From the NCBI RefSeq assembly GCF_009914755.1, contig NC_060926.1: a stretch of DNA of 64,000 nt; one strand, written 5' to 3'. Below are positions 47,867-64,000 of the stretch, one piece after another. How positions within the stretch are numbered: the stretch's first letter is position 1; every line of letters begins with the position of its first letter. The position numbers and the translations under genes were made by a program. Under the pieces are notes generated by a model. That model was not told the DNA's origin. It saw only the letters and a program-made list of their open reading frames with translations, and did no database searches. The stretch comes from the human T2T-CHM13v2.0 reference genome, Homo sapiens.

Positions 47867-48557
47867 CTACTCAGTGGTGGGATCGTGCCAGTGAACAGCC
47901 ACTGCACTTCAGCCTGGCCAAACTGTAAGACCCCACGTCTCAGAAAAACCCAAAAACTTTTAACGGAAAAATACCAATGGAGGTAGCAATTGAAATGTGA
48001 CTTTGACTCCTAAAGATTAACCAATCTTTATGATACCTTATGATAATATTTCAAATATATCTTTGACCAATCATACCACTGTACTTTCATGCTGACCTAA
48101 GTAAAATTATCCTAGGTTTACAGAGGAAAAGAACCAAATCCCCAAATGACTGGCTCCTCTGTCACTGAAGCTGCTCTGTGGAACATAATTCAAAATTACA
48201 GACCTAACCTACACTCACAAAACAAAAATAAGACTACTGGTACCCAAATACGTATTTCTACAGAGTAATTAAACTGTTTCTGTATACTGTGTTTAGAGTT
48301 AGCCACTATGTCTAAATCAATCACCTACTAAATTAAAACAGGCTACTTTCCCTTTCTAGTAAGGCAGGAGAAGGGACTATATAAAGAGTCTATAACAATG
48401 GGCTGATCAAGATATAAATGTCCAGTTTTAGCTAAATGCATGTCACTGAGAACAAAGATCATTTTGAGCTTTCTTTGGAATATTAAAACCCCAACCTTAT
48501 ATAGTGAAACTGATTATTCCTCAACATCTTGTTGTGATAGTATGTTCCTTCCTGCTG

Positions 48558-48850
<293 letters not shown>

Positions 48851-48954
48851 TATATGTTCCTTCTAATACATCACTAGATTACATGGAAACCTCCTGCTGG
48901 TGCAACACTCCAGACTACCTGGCTTCATTCACCATTTACAGATAAACTAAAACA

Positions 48955-49809
<855 letters not shown>

Positions 49810-50349
49810 TCATTTCCCAGAAAATATTAGACCCTATCAGCAAATGAATACAAAAAGTTTCCAAGTTCATTGGGCCATTAAGCTTTCCCAACATAGCCAT
49901 ACATTTGAAAATTTATGTGACACATGTGTAAGAAATGGTGTACCTTCTTTACGGTCCAAGGCCAATTTATTCCCTGCCTGCTTATCCCTAACTCCAATTC
50001 GCGTACACCTTCCAGTTTCATTCCATATTACCTCTTCCCTGGACTCAACTATTCTTCCACTAATTTGCCCATTACCACATAAATATCTTCACATCGCTTA
50101 GCCTAAAACTAAATTGAAACCTTAGTTATATTTTAAATGCTTGCCCTTATCCCTCCCCAAATTTTGGAAGGCACTACTACTCATACCAATTTCCTCTCTC
50201 CAAACAATCCACTATTTTAAAATGACATCCAGCTCCAACTCATCACCTGAAAATGCTGAGTTTACCAATGACTACTAGTCAGTCACCCAATCCATCAAGC
50301 ATGCTTCAATGTGAAGCCATATGGCATAGAAACTAAAATGAGACTTTGT

Positions 50350-51110
50350 AACTTGACTACTGGGTTAGAATTTCCTAGCTCTGTTTCTTCTTCTGGCAAT
50401 GCAATATGGACAAGCTACTAAACCTTTTCTGCCTCAGCTTCCTCATTTCTGTGAAATGACATAAATGTGCCCAGTAAGTGGGGTGACACAGTATACCATG
50501 CCCACAAGGGGTATTCACCTGGTCACCCCCCATAAAAAAATTAGTATGTGTCAAACACTTAGAACTATGTCCAACAAATACATACTTAATAAATGTCAAG
50601 ATAAAGACTATCTCATTTTTTTGCAGCATCCAAAACTGCACGGAAAAACTCTCAAAATTTTTCTTGGCCTTCGTAACAGTACTTTGATTTTCCTCCTACC
50701 ATATACTGCCAAAGGCTCTTACTCCTGTCTCTTATGTCTAGATGTGACCAATTTTATCCTTTTTTTCCACTCCTTGGCCACTTCATCTATACCCACTTAC
50801 AACGAAGATATCTTTAGTCTACCCATCTCGCTCAATAAATGTCTTTATTTCTGGCTGTCTACAGGATATAGCTCCCCTGGCTGATGACAAGCAAAACATA
50901 TGAAAATGAATTCTATACTCCCAGGCAACCCTAAAGGTACTAGCAAAAGCCCAAGAGCCACTTTTAACTCTTTCAGTCTGAAATCTGTCAACAGGTCTCG
51001 AATTCTATCATTTAAATACTGCCTGATTTTTCCTCCATCTCTACAACCAGTATTTTGGTTCAAGGCTCCATCGTCCTTTGCCAGGGCTATTACAATTGCC
51101 TCCTAACTGC
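50350..51110 (+). mobile_element. MIR (~50350-50600) and L2 (~50690-51110) fragments
   Basis: ctgcctcagcttcctcatttctgtgaaatg (MIR); gccagggctattacaattgcctcctaactg (L2). Confidence 0.6.
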
Positions 51111-52453
51111 ATTCTTTCTTATTTAAATATTACTGGTTTATAGAGGAACTCATCTAATACCAATCAGAAGGTTCATACCACACTAATTGATTTTATGAAG
51201 ATAGTATACAGTGCTAACCTAGATCAACCTAATGACAAAAATAGATCAGGGAGTCTCCACCTACAAATAGCACAATTGATAAAGACATTTCAATTTTACT
51301 GTTTTTAAACAGAATGTAGAAATATCTAGAAATACATATATTGGAGTTCAGACACATTGCACCTTTCACCTAATTTAGGTTACAAGAAAATTAAAGGACT
51401 TTGAGGTATTTGTTTATATTACATTCTCTGCTATGGGTATCTTTTAACACCACCATTAGGTGCATAAATTCCCAATGTTTAATTAGCAGTAATCACCTTT
51501 CTATTACATGATTTAACAAAAAGCTAAATACTGGAAGATGCATAGTGTAAGACTATGTATAACTTTCGAGAAATTTAAAAATCTAATAACACTTAAAATG
51601 TTTGCTAGAATAAGTAAAATGCAGAAAATAAAACCGTATCTATGCTAATACCATTTGTTATTCATTCAAGAAAGGAACAAATAACATTTCTTTTAAAGGT
51701 CAAGGTTTATTCCAAATTTTTACTTGTATTTTTATACTAAAGAGTAAAAAATACCTGTAAAAACTCAAAATAATAAACCCCAAAGTAAAATTTTAATTCA
51801 CCTGCCTTTACAGTTTTCCTGTACTTCAGAACTAGCGTAATCTTTATGTATAGAAGCATATAATTCTAAACTGTAACTCCCAGGAATGACCTGAAATTAA
51901 ATCCAAGAGTCAAAACCTAAACACACAATAAAGAGAACAGGTCCTGAATGCCACAGAACAGCTATCTTCTACATAATTGATAGATATAAGGAACCTACCA
52001 AAATCCATTTTAGCTGACCAAACTGAAACTTTCAGAAAAATCTATTACTCAAGTTTTATTTGTTCATTAGCAACCCCAAGGCCCTTCCCTAATTAGTTTA
52101 TTACCTAAACATATAATTTTATTAAAATAACATGTTTTAAAAATTTTATTAAAATAGGTTATCACAAGACAATTACAAAACAAATCAAATGACTGTTTAT
52201 TAACTTCTATTTCTTCACAAAATTCTGAACTTAATAATCCCTTAAAGATCATGTACTGGAACTCTTTTGGCGCTTCATGCAGTTGTTGCTATACATTGAG
52301 TAATATTAATATTTTTCTCAAACAAATTTGGACCTTGAAAATTTAATGAAAGTTTAGGTACAGACTTCTTAAGGAAAAAATACTGTACATTTTTCCTATC
52401 AGTCTTCCAAAAGTCAAACAGCAACAACTAATGACATCATGGCAGAGTTATCA

Positions 52454-54560
<2,107 letters not shown>

Positions 54561-55849
54561 GCCCAGTCTATTTTTTTTGAGGAGACATGAGATCAAATAG
54601 GTGATACCTTTAAAACAGTGTAACTCAACAAAAAAAAAATTATTCCCAAAACTGTTTGCTTTTTGTTCATAACAGTCAATACATGTAATTTACCAACCTC
54701 AGAAAGTAAAAACTAAGTTTAAGTCAAATTACACAATAAATAAAAATAAAACCTGCTTAAATTTGTCTTTAATACTAATAGCTTTCTACCTACAGTCCTA
54801 TCAAATAGTATTTGAGGTGACTAGTGTAATTCTGGTATCCCCCAAACTTCTATATGCTTATGGAAGTGGGGAGCTTGCTTTAAATGGGCTATATAGTTCC
54901 AACTGGGCTTCTCAGTTTTCTCCAGCCTAAGAAAAAGTGCTCAAGTGCTTTTGAGCTCTTATCAAACCCTTCCTGCTTACTGTGAAAACTGTGGCAAATA
55001 AACTGCTTGGTGCTCATGCTAATAAAAGTGTCTAATGAAAACAAAGGAATAGTTTGCAAAGCATTTCAACACTACAATAAAAAAAAAAAAACAACTCCGG
55101 CAAGGGGGGAAAAAAAAGTTTCCCCAACATTGACATTAACCAGCCATCTCAATGTACAAGGATAAATCAAAAGTATTAATGTTCTATGGCATGGCATAAA
55201 GAGAACATGACATCAGGTTTTATGTAATAATTTTGCATACTTCCATAGCAAACTAAAAGGGACAAGATTTAAGCGGCTTCATTTCAACAGCTGTCACTGT
55301 TTTTTAAGAGAAAAATCCACATTGCTACAGTGACATTTATAGAATAGAATGCCAACTTCTTAAATTTTTTCACTTGAGAAATGGTTATTCCCTGACTGAT
55401 TATATATGCAATTCTTAGGTTAAAATGTTAGCTAATTTTAACTAGGGTAAATTCAATTGTTCCTTTTTTGATTCTCCATTTCAAGTTGCCTTAGTTACTT
55501 CTTGGCCTCCTTTTCTAGCGTGTTAGCTAGCCCAGAATTCCTGTTTTATACTAAGGTAGTCTTCAGAAAACAAAACAAAGACCACCACTACACCACAAGG
55601 CTCCAAAGTATATCCACGCAGACTAAAATACATGTCTTTAACTACAATTAGCCCTGCACATCTTCCATCGGCAAGTTTACAATCCCACTTGCCAAAGCAG
55701 GTTGAATTACTGTATTATATTATACCCATATGTTAGTATCCATGACATATACCAAAGTCAATTATTTCATACAAGTCTCTTATTCTGACGTTGGCTATTC
55801 AATTTATAATAAGAATCTAATGGGTACAATCTAGCTGAGTATTTCTCAC

Positions 55850-55880
55850 CTGCAATCTGCTCTTCAGTCAGTTGGTCAGC
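55850..55880 (-). CDS. CALM2: Calmodulin exon 2 (31 nt, ADQLTEEQIA+G)
   Basis: AG|GCTGACCAACTGACTGAAGAGCAGATTGCAG|GTGAGA. Confidence 0.98.
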
Positions 55881-57409
55881 CTACAAAGAGATCAAAGAGG
55901 AAGGTTAGTGACTTGAGAGTATGTAGATTAGCAGTTACAGAAACAAGTTTAAAACCTTTCAAGGGTTACCATGTACTGTTTCATTTAGTTCCAGCAACAA
56001 ACACATCTGGATAGAAAATGCACACATCTAGTTTCTCTTATCTTCAAAGCTAAGCTGTCTTAACTCCAAGTTTAAGATATACAAATACTTCAGAATATTT
56101 TTGAAAATATACTTTAGAATCCAATAGAAACATTGCTTCCTTTTTCAACGTTAGAATAGCTAAACTTAAGCTCACTTCTATTCCAGATATAAATCACCAG
56201 AAATTCCCACTGAATCAAAATGCTTCAGGCTCACAAAATGAAAATTACTCCCACAAATGGTTAAACACATTGTTTTGAAATTAAAGTGATTAAAAAAAAA
56301 AAAAGGCACAAACTTTTATTCCTTCTCACCCAGCAGGCAAAATGCAAAGAATCCAGAGCTCTGAACTACAGTACTATAATATTTACCAAATGTTTGAAAG
56401 TTCAGCCATCCATTTTCTCTTGGTTTTTAAAATCCCAAAGTAAGCCCAAGGCTTGTGATGTTTTTTTAATAGCACTTGGTTTTCTTCAGAAAATATTTTC
56501 TGCCATTTGCTAAAACCCATTATAAATTTTATCCTTATTCAATCTTAATAATAACCTTACAGTGGTATTATCCCCTATCTTACAGATAAGGAATGAGGCT
56601 AGGGTTAAGTGGGATTGGGGCACAGAAAATTAGTAGAACAAAGATAAAGCACTAAGGTGTCAGACATACCCAGTAACTTTTAGCTTTTAATTCAGAGCAC
56701 CGTAATATATAAAGATGATTGCAAAATATCCAGACTCCTTGTTGTATTCTTTGAACATGCACTTTCTTTCACTGCTTATTAGTATATACATCCATGAAGC
56801 AACTGCTTATGGGGTATTGAGAAGCACAGACAAGAAATAGCCTCCTATCTAAAATCCCTACCAACATGGGAGTCAAGTATACAATGATTAATCCATTCAT
56901 TTATTTATAGGTAAAAGAAAAATAAACATTGCCTGGCTTCATTCTTTTTAAATGAACACACCCCTGGAAAAAGTAACACCTTAATGTGGAACACATTTTC
57001 TCTAGGGCACATGAGAAAATTCAAGAAGGAATCCAGAAAGCAGTTTATTTTCCCTGCTCAACAATTTTTGTTTGACCATGATGTAAATCAAATTCATTAA
57101 AAAAAAAAAAAAAAAAAAAGCTGGTAACGTAAAATTGAAGAGCCAATAATTAAGTTCAAATACAGAGTTTGTAAAATAAAAAATGTATCCACTTTTATCC
57201 CTAAAGTCCAAATCCTCCGCCAACAAATATTTGGTGTGAAGTCAGTCACAGATTGTTTACCCAAGGAATAAGGTTTAAAATCCAGTAAATCTGAGTTATT
57301 TACTTTGTATTAATAGAAGCTACATTACTTCAGTTTATTGCATTTTGCAGGACTTCCACCATTTCTGAAAGGAAGGGCAACCTGGCATGCGTGGCGTGGG
57401 GGGAAAGCA

Positions 57410-57572
57410 TCAAGTTCTGAGTCACAGGCCAGTATCCCAGCCCTGCCATTTAATAGCTGTGTGACCTTGGACGTGGTACTCCTCCTCTCAGTCAACTTCA
57501 TTTGTAGCACAAGAATAACAATACTTACCTTGCAGGGTTGTTGTGCAAAGTGAGATGCTATGTACAAAGCTA
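57410..57572 (+). mobile_element. MIR in CALM2 intron 1 (host of the 46-nt cassette exon)
   Basis: atcccagccctgccatttaatagctgtgtgaccttggac...aataacaatacttaccttgcagggttgttgtg. Confidence 0.85.
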
Positions 57573-57574
57573 AC
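57529..57574 (-). other. CALM2: Candidate 46-nt alternative cassette exon of CALM2, MIR-derived
   Basis: tttAG|GTTAGCTTTG...CCCTGCAAG|GTAAGT with a consensus donor; in frame with the upstream ATG at 61651-61653 to give a 197-aa ORF. Confidence 0.7.
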
Positions 57575-59368
57575 CTAAAGAGTTAAATGATAACCATTAT
57601 TTCATATAAATTAACAAAGAACCTACAATGTTAAATATCAACCTGACTAGCTCAATTTCCACACCGAATGTAGACATGCATGGCATTTATTAAGCCCTTT
57701 ATGGTAAGCTTACTCTATTCAATGTTAACTTTGTTTAAGCTGAGAAAATTTATGCAAACTAAATCCACAAGGTGCAACCCAGCGACAGATGCAGCGGACA
57801 TCACTTTAAGGCTAAAAAAAAGTTGAGCTAAATGTGTGGCAGACACTGCAGCCTGTGTGAAAGTTGAAGGATCCCGTACTCTGTACAGGAAGGGAGACAG
57901 GTTCGTTCTCTCTACATGGGTTGGGGGGGGGGGGGGTGGGAAATGGGACTTTGGGAAGGCTACTATATATGAAACATGAGAAGCCTTAGGAAGAAACGAG
58001 GATGTTAGCAATTTAGGAACCACTGTCCAATTTTGCTTGGAAAGTCAAAATTTAGGGACCTCATACCATCTTGTCTAACTCCCTACCTCCAAGCAAATGC
58101 AATCTTGGAAGAGATCACAAAAATGAGCTTCAAGGAATGAATTAAGCACCCAAGAGACCAAATTACTCACATAACCTGAAAGCTCTCAATTTTGCTTGGA
58201 AGGTTGAGAAGCTTTTTGTATTACTTATCCAGAGTTCAGGTTTTAGAATAAACTTTTACCAGCAATATCCAGATTAAAGCCTACTATAAATCAAGAAGAC
58301 TTCCTAGCACTAACTTTCCCAACTGCTACAAAGGCGAATAAATTTGGTTCTTCCTTGTTTCCAGGGAGTGCCATTTTCTTAGAAGAACCAGAAGAATTAT
58401 ACTTTTGGGAAAACTCAAGCTCATTAACATGTATGTTTATCTCAGTAAAGTGAAGAAGAATTCACTAGAGAGATGACTTGTTCTTACTCCCTTATTTCTG
58501 TAGCTATTGACATAATTCTTCCCACTGCTCTTGCCACTCCAGAGAAAGTTCCTAGGCATTAGTATACTCTCAGGTTCCTCCCTAGACCTCCTGTACTAGA
58601 ATGTTCATTTTGGAGAACCATAGGTGATCTGTCAACACTAAGGAGCACGACCCCGTATTACATTAGTGACCTGAAGTGAATACATTATGTACCTATCAAA
58701 CATTTCCTACATGCCATTCAAAAGTATGCATGAATACTGTTGGAGTTTATCTAGTGAAAGGTGGTGTTCTTATCTGAATAAATGTGTGAGCCCATAGGCT
58801 TGAAATGGAACGCAAACTGCTATCCTTCATCCATTCCTGTCTGTTCATTCCCATCAGGTGCTACTTTGATACAACAAGGATTCCTATATGAAGTTTTTTC
58901 TACAATTATGGAAGCCAGGATATTTGTTTTACCTGTATCAAAAGCAATCTAAATTATTTCATTAGGGTAAAAAGACACCTAATTCTGAAGAATAGTACTT
59001 ACATAGCATCTCTCACCAAAAGATCACTGGAACAAAATGGCTTCATAAAAATTAGGGCTATTACTAAAGGCCTAAATTCTAGCTGAAGCTAGAGCTTTCT
59101 ATATTTTAAAAGAGCCAAATCCTTTGATCTTCTGAGCCTAACAGAAACAGGCGTTGGCACTTATAAGAACAATTATTTAGACTCAAGTGACAAAAATTTT
59201 CTACCTTTTTACATCTTTTACTTACCTAATCACCCTGCACTCAAAGTCCTCTTGAAGCAATCCCGTTTTCAATGAGCATATGTTGATTACATGTAAACTC
59301 AAGAGTTACATGAGCAATCTTACTTTACTTCCGTATAAAATTTTTTATACTTTAACTTGGGGTCCTAA

Positions 59369-59540
59369 TTTTTTTTATTTTTTGAGAGACAGGGTCTCAC
59401 TCTGTTGCCCAGGGAGTGCAGTGGTGTGATCATAGCTCACTACAGTCTCCAACTCCCGGGCCCAAGATGATCCTCCTGCCTCAGCCCATTGACTAGCCAG
59501 GACTACACGCACAGGCCATTATGTCCGGCTAATTTTTTTT
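59369..59540 (-). mobile_element. AluJ/FRAM-like single arm
   Basis: Poly-T then gagacagggtctcactctgttgcccagg. Confidence 0.82.
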
Positions 59541-60699
59541 AATTGGATTCCTAATGTAAAATCTCAGTCCTCTAATTATAAAGTTATGTGAAGGCAATTT
59601 TCAAATTTACTGTATCTGTCACAAATAATGATATCTGTCAATTTTTATTAAGATTTTTTTTTTCGACTTTGTCTCTTATAGTAAGAGCTGTCAATTTAAC
59701 AGAAAACCCCCAAAGCACCAGTGATGCAAACAGTAACTACAAAAGCTTAACACTGGGCAAGGGACCACAAATGCGTAGATACCAACTCTACCAAGAAAAA
59801 ATCTATTCGAATTACTGATTCAATTATCAAAACTGATTAAAGAAAACTTTACCCTTCGTTTATTTAAAAAAAAAAGCTTACTCCACAACTTGTAATGTTT
59901 ATTACATATGCCTGTAACTACATCTTTAAGAAAGCAAATGTAACCAGCACATTCAAATTCAGAATAACATTTGAAGCATCAAGATGAAGCAAATCCATCA
60001 AACGTCAATGAACGCTAGTTTTATTTAAGGTGAAATCGTCTCCCCACACCCATACAGGCTGGAGGTTTCAGTTGGCAAGGATCCCTAACTCCTGTTTAAG
60101 ATGTCACCTTGCCTCCTGGACACACCCATCGCTGTAACCACTTGGCAGGAGGAACCACAAAGTAAGTATCACAGATCACCGCCCTCATTAGGTGTTTTTT
60201 TTTTTTTTTTCAGGAAAGAACATGATCTCCCAGTCTGAGGTGACCGGAAAATGCTTTTAAAAATTCCCTGCTCCTCCCCCGCATACACTCTTCCATCACA
60301 GTATTTGACAGACAAACATCATACAAACGAAGTGTACGTCAAGACGACCTGGCAACTTCTACACGGAATTTAGGGGTCGTTTTCAAAGCAGCAGAAGGGG
60401 AGCAATGTTTTTATGTGGTCGTGGTTCTTGAACATTAGGACTGCACGCTGTTTTCAAGCATAGAATAGGGACAGGGGCTCTTCAAAGGCATTCATCCAAT
60501 TGTTACAAGACCGACTTTCAGAAGGCAGTCACTCCGGAGCCTGCTTCCCTCCGGCGGTGAACAAGAAACGCCTTGTAGAACCCTAGCTGGAGCCGAACAC
60601 TTTCCCTAACAAGATGTGTATTGCGAGGACGCGCCCCTGACTTCAAGGGTAAGACTAATTTCTTTCAACGACAGACACTTTAAAAAGCAATTTTTTTTA

Positions 60700-62130
60700 A
60701 AGCATCCGGCCTGGGTGGTGGAAGACGCCCCAGGGCCCAGATGGAGAAGGAAGATTAGGGTTGCCAGAGGGGGATGGGAAACCGTCGAGGCCCCCCTCCC
60801 CCGCCCATCCCCGCCAATGGCCCCGCAGCGCCAAGGAGATCTCCGCAGTCCTGCAGGTGCCAGCAGAGCAGCTGGAGCTCGAGCGGGGCCGAGCGGGGCG
60901 GCGGCTCCGGGTCCCGCGAGGCGCTCGCCCGCCCCGCCCCCACCGGCCGCTCCCTGCGCCGCGCGGGCTCGGCCCACACAGCGCGCCGCCCGCCCGCCCG
61001 CGCGCCCCCTGGATCCCGGCACGCGGAGGACGCGGGCTAACTGCGACGCCGACGCTCGCCCCAGGGCCCCGCGCGCTCCTCCCGCCCCCTGGGCGCATGG
61101 CGGCCGCAAGCGGACAAAGGCGCTTCCTGGCGCCCGCACTAACCGTCGGTCGGGTGGATTGAATTCGCCCCCTGCTTGACCTTTCCAGACGCCCGACAGA
61201 AGGCTCTCTACGCTCCCTCTCTCCCTTCCTTCACTTTCTCTCCTTCCCGTGCACTGGGCTGTCCCTCATCCCGGACCCATCCTCCTCCAGCCAAGCCCCC
61301 GAGGAGCTTCACCACCTCGGGAACTGTGCGTCCGGCCCTCAACTCACTAGAGGAAGCCCCCCTGAAGAGAATGGGGGTGGGGGAGCACCTGCGACACAAC
61401 CGTCGCCGGCATCCCTGGCCTCTTTCGCGCCATCCCTCTGGCAGAAACCACTCCTTGAAGGTGTAAGGGAGGCGAGTTTCCTTTGTTTAGTCAGTTCGCT
61501 CCAGTCTCTTCCCCCCACAGGCCCAGCGCCGGCAGCTCAGCGATGCACTCACCATGCTGCAAGCGCTACCGGTTTCCGAGACGCGACCACACAACCACTC
61601 AGCTCGCTCTCTCCACTCGGACTAATTCGCCTCCTCCGCCCCCAGCGCCTCATAAACACCTCCCTCCGCCAGATCCCTCCGCCGCATCCAGATAACGGAA
61701 CATCGCAAACGAGTCCCGGCCAACCCCCTCCCCTCAAACTCTTCTCGGGACCCCTTTCTTCACAGTTATTTGGTCGATGAGGCAAGAGATCAAGGAAAGT
61801 GGGCGAACGGATGACGTAAGTGGGTTTCATTTCCAGCGAGCCGTTAAAAGGCCGGTGGAGCGGCCCCTGAGGGGCGCTACTTTGCGGCGCGGAGGAGCAT
61901 CGTGGCGGCGATGCGTCCCCCGTTGGTCGTTGAGCCTGCCTCTGATTGGCTGGTTTGTACCTGCAATGCGTCACTGGGACTCGCAGCCGCCGCCGGGACG
62001 CGGTGCGGCTTCTGCCGTTGCTGCTCGGGCCGCGCTGTCCTGGCAACTGCGCCAGGCGGCAGAGTCGCCTGCTTTGCGCTTGGCTGGAGAACCTTCCTCT
62101 TCCACGTATCCTTCCCTGCCACACTCACCC
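60700..62130. promoter_or_regulatory. CALM2 CpG island and promoter
   Basis: Very GC- and CpG-dense. TATA-like TTTATGA (minus, 61650-61656) about 30 nt above the probable TSS (~61623); AGGGA at 61661-61665; CRE/ATF-like TGACGTAA at 61812-61819; CCAAT (minus) at 61945-61949; TGACGCA (minus) at 61967-61973. Confidence 0.9.
61553..61555 (-). CDS. CALM2: Calmodulin exon 1 coding part (initiator ATG only)
   Basis: Minus strand GCAGC-ATG|GTGAGT, donor at 61547-61552; an ATG-only first exon is typical of vertebrate calmodulin genes. Confidence 0.97.
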
Positions 62131-62489
62131 ACTTTCCCGCCCCTTATTGAGGGGTAGACGAAAACACCTTAAGCCGATAAAGAATGAAGCTGAAAGATTC
62201 CGATAAACGCGTACCCTGAACTCAGCTTTTTAACCTAGTGTTTTGGCCTCATGGAAGCCGCACGTTCTTCATTTCACGCCCTCACAAAACCCATGTAAAT
62301 CTGGACACGGGCAAATGTAGCTGTTCAGCTGACAGGCTAATCTCAAAGGGTATTTCGTTTATACTTCCTCTTCGCGTTCTTTGCCAAGGGTAATTTACCA
62401 GAAAAGAAAAGTAACTCAAAAGTCACAGTATCCGAGCTTCAGTGGGATTAGTATCTCGAAATGGCCCCTTGTTATCGTGGGGTTAAAGG

Positions 62490-62710
62490 GTTCTGGATTG
62501 GACAGAGCTGGGCATGAGTTAGTTGGGTCCCTCTCTCAGGTGCAAGACCTTGGGTGAGTCATTTAATTTTTAGCCTCACTTGTAAAATACAGGCAATAAG
62601 ACCTATCTCGAAAGAATATTGAGGAAATTAGAATTATGCAAAGATTAGAATTAACAAAGTGTTAAAGTACCTGGCACAGGGTAGGACTCCAACAATTGGT
62701 CACTATAATA
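62490..62710 (+). mobile_element. MIR upstream of the CALM2 promoter
   Basis: gaccttgggtgagtcatttaa...cttgtaaaatacaggcaataagacctatctc...acctggcacagggtagg. Confidence 0.65.
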
Positions 62711-64000
62711 TGCCTTCCCCTTCATAGGAAATTTGCCCTTTTGGATTTCTAACTCCACAGATTTAAATGAATATTTTAAAAACCACATAAAAACTAACTG
62801 CTTGGTCCCATCCAAAATAAACAAAGGCGTACATACCTGAAATATTTAACAGGTGGATAGTGAACACCTACTGTGTAAACTCGGTTTGATTATAATTGTA
62901 ACTATAGAAGGGCTTACGAGATGCAGAGGTGAGGACCTTAGTCCTCTATAAGAGGTTCCAAAAAGGGTTCCTAGAGAAGGTAACTCCTAAATTGTCTAAT
63001 GTTATAAAATGGGCTAGGAAAAAGCAGGGAGGAAAGAAGGGAGCAAGTTCTGGGTGAAGTAAGTAACAGCAAAGGCCCGGAGGTGTGTAATTGCGTGGTA
63101 TGATGGAGGAGTTGCAAGGGGATAGGCATTACTAAAGCCCAAAGTAGACAGCCAGCCTCGTTAGGCAGAGAGGACGCTGGGAAATTAAAGAGGAATAAGG
63201 TTTAAATCTCAAAAGGCAGTTCCTTAAGAAGATTGTTGGTAGAATCCAGCTCAGAAAAAAAAAAAAAAAGAAATCATCACAGGCCATATCAAGGTCTGAG
63301 AATTTTCCAGTAAAAAGCACAAGCATGTAGACCCTTAAAACCCAGTGAACAGCATTTTTTGCAAGCCAAGGTGAAATCTTGCCTACTGAAGACAGCTCCC
63401 TAGAGAACATTGCCCTGCCCAGCAAGACCATTTCTGATGCTAACAGCTACCTGCATCCACTTGGAAGGCTTCAGTGGAATTTAACCTCCTTTAGCCAAGT
63501 TAGACATTTTCTCACACCATCAAAAATCTTTTCTTTGCCAGGCCAGAGGTGGGTCCTCTTTCTTTCAGTCATGCAAACCAGGCATTAAATGCTCTTCCAA
63601 TTAGCATTGGCAACCCTGTGACCTTCTTTTCAGATGAATGACCAGTCAGTGCAAACTCAGGACCCTGTGCTTCTATTGTCCTCGCTAATGTGGTGACGTA
63701 ATGATGGTGGGGGGAAAGGAGATTTAATTAACTTTATCCTGTGAATGGAATACCATCGAGACAGAATGTTACTTAAAAGCGGACACCTCTGCTTCAGAAT
63801 CTGAGCTGAAAACGGAGCCCTAAGGCCTCCGTTTCATTACTCTGCATTCTGGTAGCTTCCAGGTCTTTCCAAGGTATTCCTCAGAAATTTGTCTCTGATT
63901 ACTCCTCAAATCCTCAGATGGAAGAGCCATCAATGATCTTTTCTTTCAACTTAGTCACTAAAAATACTCTCTTTACACAGTACCCCATTAGTATGCAGTG

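Noticed and set aside
60606-62206. Overlapping 60-190 aa Arg/Pro/Gly/Ala-rich ORFs on both strands
   Set aside because: Expected from stop-codon scarcity in a CpG island; no recognisable domain. Only the last 34 codons of ORF 61549-62124 matter, as the upstream-ATG leader.

Overview
Human (primate) genomic DNA, about half interspersed repeats, with two tandem genes on the minus strand. CALM2 (calmodulin 2) is complete: ATG-only exon 1 at 61553-61555 in a CpG island, six coding exons of 3+31+144+107+136+29 = 450 nt encoding wild-type 149-aa calmodulin, and poly(A) signals near 45.2-45.3 kb. About 4.8 kb downstream, STPG4 (C2orf61) has exons 1-5 at 40370-15020; it either reads into intron 5 to stop at 177 aa or splices to exons left of the window. 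The rest is Alu, L1, L2, MIR, LTR and hAT fossils plus a 5'-truncated RPL7 retrocopy. I found no novel enzyme system or CRISPR-type array. The best leads are: two transposon-derived cassette exons in CALM2 (MIR and Alu) that are poison exons from the normal ATG but in frame from alternative ATGs; a phase-compatible CALM2-STPG4 read-through giving a same-length calmodulin with a swapped C-terminal helix; a perfect 14-mer triplicated in the 126-nt CALM2 intron 3; an L1 5'UTR serving as the likely 3'UTR of short STPG4; and a fragmented ancient Charlie-type transposase. Repeat subfamily names come from recalled consensus sequences and repeat boundaries are approximate.
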